Assembly (NCBI GenBank): GCA_004431415.1
Contig: QPMI01000667.1
Span: 32,031-96,030, forward strand
DNA from: Cyanophora paradoxa CCMP329
Taxonomy: Eukaryota > Plantae > Glaucophyta
DNA length: 64,000 nt
Direction of reading: 5' to 3'
Shown: positions 59,401 to 64,000 of the stretch, one piece after another
Layout of the letters: the number at the start of each line of letters is the position of its first letter
How positions within the stretch are numbered: the stretch's first letter is position 1
Notes under the pieces: generated by a model
Databases searched by the model: none
Seen by the model: only the letters and a program-made list of their open reading frames with translations
What the model was told of the DNA's origin: nothing
Translations under genes and position numbers: made by a program

Positions 59401-60706
59401 ATTTCAGGGATTGAGGATGCATGTTCATGTCTACAAGATCAGTTTGATCCCCTGAGAATTCCTGTTTCCAGTGCAGGTATGCAATATTCAACATTCTCTT
59501 TGTCAAAATGTTGAATAAAAGACAGATGAAGCATCCATGAGATCAAGAGACAAAGATGTCATACTTTTCAAATATGGAGATAAACCGATGAATCTCGAGG
59601 TATGTCTCATTCAGTTCCAACATATTCGGTAATTAAAAAAAATCAGGTGATCTCTCGGCGGGATTGTCGATCAGTTGAACCAGATCGTTGGGTCACTGAT
59701 GCTATAATCGGGTTCTGGACCCAGTATGTTAACTCTTCCTTTGTGGTGATATATTATGTCTGACATACGGTATATGGAGACACTGTTCCCTAATGACAGT
59801 GTTCATGTTTTTGACACTAAGATGTACACGAAGCTGGTCAATGAGGTACGCATGTATTTTGCATCCGTGTAGAATCTATCAGATATTGCAACAACAGAAA
59901 GGCGTTACCGAATCTATGCTACGCTGGTTCAGAAAATGCGGAAATATACTGGACAAGAAGGCCGTGGGTGTCTTTATCAACATTCCAATCTGAGTATGTG
60001 TTTCACTGTTGTCAATTTCAATTAATCCCACTGCACAGTTCCCATTATGTGTTTTGCGTCATGCTCAACTTCCAGAATATCTCTCGTGATGTGGAAGACG
60101 CTTCCATGGAACCGTGCATTTTGTGCTGCGACTCTTTAAAAGGCGAATGCGATTGGGCCACGATTTGTCAAAATTTGAAACTGTACGACACATTTCCTTT
60201 TTCGAGATTTCGAATCTAATATGGGTCTCAGTGCTTGGTTCACACTGTGGAATGATACATCCATGTACTCAGACTTTCTGCGAACTGCAGTCGATCCTCT
60301 TCGTAAAATTGAGTATGTGGACGTACAGGTACATGCTTTCAGACTTCGAAAAATTACGAAATGCACGTTGAATGAAAGCAGATGTTACAACAGTCCAACT
60401 ATTCCGATTGCGGTCCTTTTTGTATGAAACTGAGTCAACTCCTTCGTAATAAGTTGGACATTTTCCAGCCTTCGCGCACATCGACTGGGCTTTGGCTGTC
60501 GGTATTTCTTTTTTGTACTATAATATGATTTCAACTGATATCAGACAGCTCGAAAATCAGTTTGCTGCATCAGATATCGATGCTGTCCGATCCGAATTGT
60601 CAACGGTCATTCGGGAAAAGGTACCAGTACTGTTTTATTAATGTCTTTCGTTGTTTCATATAATGTCCCATATGACACGCACCTTATCAGACAGCTATAT
60701 ATATCG
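56431..60706 (+). pseudogene. 3' part of the large low-GC gene, ending in a Ulp1/SENP (peptidase C48) SUMO/NEDD8-type protease domain
   Basis: VISRRDCRSVEPDRWVTDAIIGFW; VHVFDTKMYTKL; MLRWFRKCGNILDKKAVGVFINIP; SHYVFCV (His ~60043); CILCCDSL (Asp ~60130); QQSNYSDCGPF (Cys ~60409); FAASDIDAVRSEL. Confidence 0.8.
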
Positions 60707-61058
60707 AATCGGCGGACTCGCAGCTCGCACCCATCTTCGCCGCCTACGGCTTCGCGATGCCCCCTCCCCGCCCCGCCCCCGCCCCGCCCAAGATCGCCCG
60801 CCCGCCCGGCGGGCCGGCCCCGCGCCCGCCGCCCCTTCCGGCATCCCCCGGGGCCCCGCAGAGCGGCGGGCGCCCCTCGGACCTCCCCCGCTCCGGCTCG
60901 GGACGGCTGAGCGTGAGTCGCCGCCGGGCTCGCCGCGCTCCGCGGGGGGCGCCGCCACGCCGCCCCTGCCCCCCATCCCCCCGATCCGCGCCGCAATGAC
61001 CGCGAGGTAGCTTCGGGGCCCGCTGCCCAGCGCGCCCCCACTGGATTGAATTCGAGCG
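60707..61058 (+). repeat. ~350-bp direct repeat, copy 1 (duplicate of the coiled-coil gene's last exon and 3' end)
   Basis: Matches ~39303-39646 and 62948-63296. Confidence 0.92.
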
Positions 61059-62947
61059 AGATTCCAATAATACCCTCGCCGGGACAGCCGCTGGCCCCGT
61101 CGACGGACGCTGCGGACGTCGATGCGCCGGTGGAGAGTCCGTGGATTCTACATGGTGGAGAGTGCGCGCGATCGCTGGACTACGAGAAGGAGGGACGATC
61201 GGCACGGAGGCCGAATCTTCAAAAGCGGAGGGAGGAGAAGAAGACGGCGATCCCAACCGCGACCGCAGCGATGTGCTCGTCAGCAGCAGCACCGGGTGAT
61301 GCCCCGCGACCGGCCCTCGCCCTCGCGCGCTGGACCGCGTCGGACCGTCGGGTGATTCCCGTGCCGCCTGCAGCAGCCTTGGCAGCTGGGTGATTCCAGC
61401 GTAATCCGTGCGGCCTGATCGAGAGCTGGTGTTCTTTCCACGTCGATCAGCGCCATCGCGCATCGGAGGCCGGGTGATTCCGGCATGAGCCTCGGCTTGC
61501 GTACCTCAGCGACCCAGCACGCCGCGCTCCGCGCGCATGAGCAAGGGCGCCAAAGGCGAGCGCTGTCTGCGAGTGCTGCGCGTCCCGGGAGTCCGCCCAA
61601 CCAGACCGGCGCGCACTTGGCCGCGATCGCCCGGACCTGCGCATACGGACTGGAGGCGGCGATCAAGCTACATCTCCACGCTGAAGATACGCTCTCTCTC
61701 GTTCTTTCCGTCGCATTAGCAGCTCGCCCCCCCGAGAGTCGCTCTTAGAAGGGAACCATCTATGCGTGTCCCGCGACTCGGCTACCCATGCCAGTCGCCT
61801 TGAGAGTCTATGAGCCTTGAGAGTCTATCTTGCTTCCGACTGAGAGTCTGTCGCAACCGACTGGGAGTCCGGCCCCCGCGCCGTTCAGTCGTGACCCTTA
61901 TCGCTGTCCGATGGCCCACGGATGATGTATCCGATGCGGCGTTGCCCCTTCCAATCCCGGATGATGTATCCGATGAGTCGCATAGCCTGCCATGGCCCGT
62001 TGGAGCCCCGAAGAGAGTTGCCTCGCCGGTCCCGAGCTGCTAGCCTCCCGCCTGAGTGATGGCCCCTGCGGAAGGATGGCTCTGACCGATCCCTCTTGCT
62101 GTCTTGCTCAGATGCGGTCACTCGCAATCGAGGCTTCAAGATGACCAGACTTACCTTGCGTGCCGCGCGTCACACCCGTCTTTACGATGGCCGTGATTGC
62201 CCGAGCCGCCCCTCCCCGTCGCTGACGTGCTGTACCCCGACGTCGATGTCCCCCGGGCCCTGCCCCCTTGCATCCTTTGCCGTTCTCCATTCCTCTTTTG
62301 AGTCTTCCCATTTCCTTTCCCGTCGGGTGGTGGTTTTCTGCCTGGTCTCTTGCTGTGGGATGCAAGTGCCGGTGCCTCTCTGTATGGCCCCCAGGGTCCC
62401 ATCAGTGGCTTGGCCTCTTCAGACCTCACGCCTCGCTGCTGCCCTGGATAGCGGGTTCTTTCTCATCCCTGTCCTTTCTCGTGCAGTTTCGTAGTGGCTT
62501 CATCCTTACCAGTGAGGGAGATCCCCCCCGGGTAGCTTTCACCTTACCAGTGAGGGAGATCCCTGTACCCCTCGTTCCCTTGGCGTACCCCTCGATCTTT
62601 CGGACGGCCCTTGAGAGTTGTACCCCTTCTGGCCCTTGGTTCATTGCCAGGCCTAGGCGTTTTCCGTCCCGGCCCCGACCACGTGGGCGTAGTCGTTGCC
62701 GTTCCGATGTGGACCACGTGGACGTGGTCTTACCAGTGAGGGAGATGTTGCCAGCCTGGTTTCCACTGAGTCGAGCCGCTCGTACCATGTACCCCAGTCA
62801 GTAGTCTTGCTGTACCCTCCGGGACCGCACCACGGCTCCCAATACAGCCCCACCACCCCTCGGGGCAATCTCGCGTGTAGCGCACGGGCTGGGAGCACAG
62901 CTGGGCAGCCACAGCACAGCAGAGCGGGCCCAACAACACCAATAATA
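61059..62947. mobile_element. 1.9-kb insertion between ~350-bp direct repeats; possible non-autonomous non-LTR-type element
   Basis: The sequence is absent from the homologous locus at ~39646. It ends in CAACAACACCAATAATA and has internal short repeats (gggtgattcc, cttaccagtgagggagat x3). No recognisable ORF. Confidence 0.5.
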
Positions 62948-64000
62948 AATCGGCGGACTCGCAGCTCGCACCCATCTTCGCCGCCTACGGCTTCGCGATG
63001 CCCCCTCCCCGCCCCGCCCCCGCCCCGCCCAAGATCGCCCGCCCGCCCGGCGGGCCGGCCCCGCGCCCGCCGCCCTTCCGGCATCCCCCGGGGCCCGCAG
63101 AGCGGCGGGCGCCCTCGGACCTCCCCCGCTCCGGCTCGGGACGGCTGAGCGTGAGTCGCCGCCGGGCTCGCCGCGCTCCGCGGGGGGCGCCGCCACGCCG
63201 CCCCTGCCCCCCATCCCCCCGATCCGCGCCGCAATGACCGCGAGGTAGCTTCGGGGCCCGCTGCCCAGCGCGCCCCCACTGGATTGAATTCGAGCGTTAC
63301 AGTTTGCACTTGTGTGTTCATAAATAGATATCGATGGTGCCTGTAGACGGTGGCGGCGCGTGCACGTGATGTGCTCCTCGTGCTTGAAGGGTATCGCTAG
63401 CGCTCCTGATCATGCCAAGAAGAGCGCGCCACGCGCCGCGCGTGCCCGGGCGCGTCTGGCCGGGCCGCCGGGCCGGGGTCGCGCGCGCTGGTGCTCGATG
63501 AAGACGCGACGTATGTTCGTTGCGATCCTCGAATCGGGTTAGTTGATTCGCCGCTGCCCGTGGCCGTCCGGATCCTTTCGATCGCAACTTCACCAGAGTT
63601 CTTGTTCGTCAGCTGATCAGTGAAGCTAGAAAGCTAGCTCAACGCTGCGCATTGCCGCCAGCGTCGCGCTAACGTCGCGCTGCGCCTCGCGCAGCGCGCT
63701 TTCCGGCAGGCTTCCTCCTCCTGAGCTTGAACCAGTACCAGGCGGCCAAGGGCGCGACGGCACCGAGCAGCACGAGGAGCACGTCAGTAAGCGCGGCCTG
63801 TGCAGATGTGACCAGCATCGCGAGAGTTGTGTACATGTCGCGAACGCAGAGAAGCCGCGAAGCGGCGAACGAAGTGAGCTCTACCTGTGTCGGTTTTCAG
63901 AAGGGGTCGATTTTTTTCGCTAACAAAAACGGGTACAAGCTTCTGAAGAACTCAATGGAAAAGATACGTCAGCGCAGACTCGCCGTCACGGTAGTGTTTA
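62948..64000 (+). repeat. Segmental duplicate of ~39303-40350, running off the end of the window
   Basis: Near-identical sequence at an offset of 23,650; ORFs 39668..39943 and 63318..63593 are identical. Confidence 0.95.

Noticed and set aside
60707-63296. LTR retrotransposon/TRIM interpretation of the 350-bp direct repeats
   Set aside because: The repeats are copies of a host gene's last exon and lack TG...CA ends; no PBS, PPT or gag/pol seen.

Overview
Eukaryotic, very GC-rich, intron-dense genomic DNA. Introns are short (about 55-90 nt) and many use GC-AG. Plastid-type transit peptides on ArgD and FMT suggest an alga, possibly a glaucophyte (inference). Bases 1-39.6 kb are compact host genes, mostly in divergent pairs: a TPR protein, a CCCH-zinc-finger/DEDDy-exonuclease fusion, eIF2D, a membrane protein, CTU1, a receiver-domain protein, an RWP-RK factor, FMT, a START protein, PKR1, ArgD, a TFIIS-like protein, an AN1 zinc-finger protein, ATG18, a TMEM254-like protein and a coiled-coil protein. 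The most striking host gene is the TFIIS paralog, whose zinc-ribbon acidic hairpin (canonical RSADEP) reads KRGNQP, i.e. it appears naturally cleavage-dead. Bases 39.6-64 kb are a rearranged, lower-GC accessory region. It holds a long multi-exon gene ending in a Ulp1/C48 protease domain, split by a ~9.75-kb foldback element (26-bp TIRs, TATA target duplication, 107-bp palindromic subterminal arrays, internal ~3.3-kb inverted arms). A segmental-duplication junction follows, which fuses the protease in frame to a copy of the neighbouring host gene's last exon, and then a 1.9-kb insertion flanked by ~350-bp direct repeats. Gene models were built by eye, so exon boundaries are approximate. Scattered frameshifts in G/C runs look like assembly errors.
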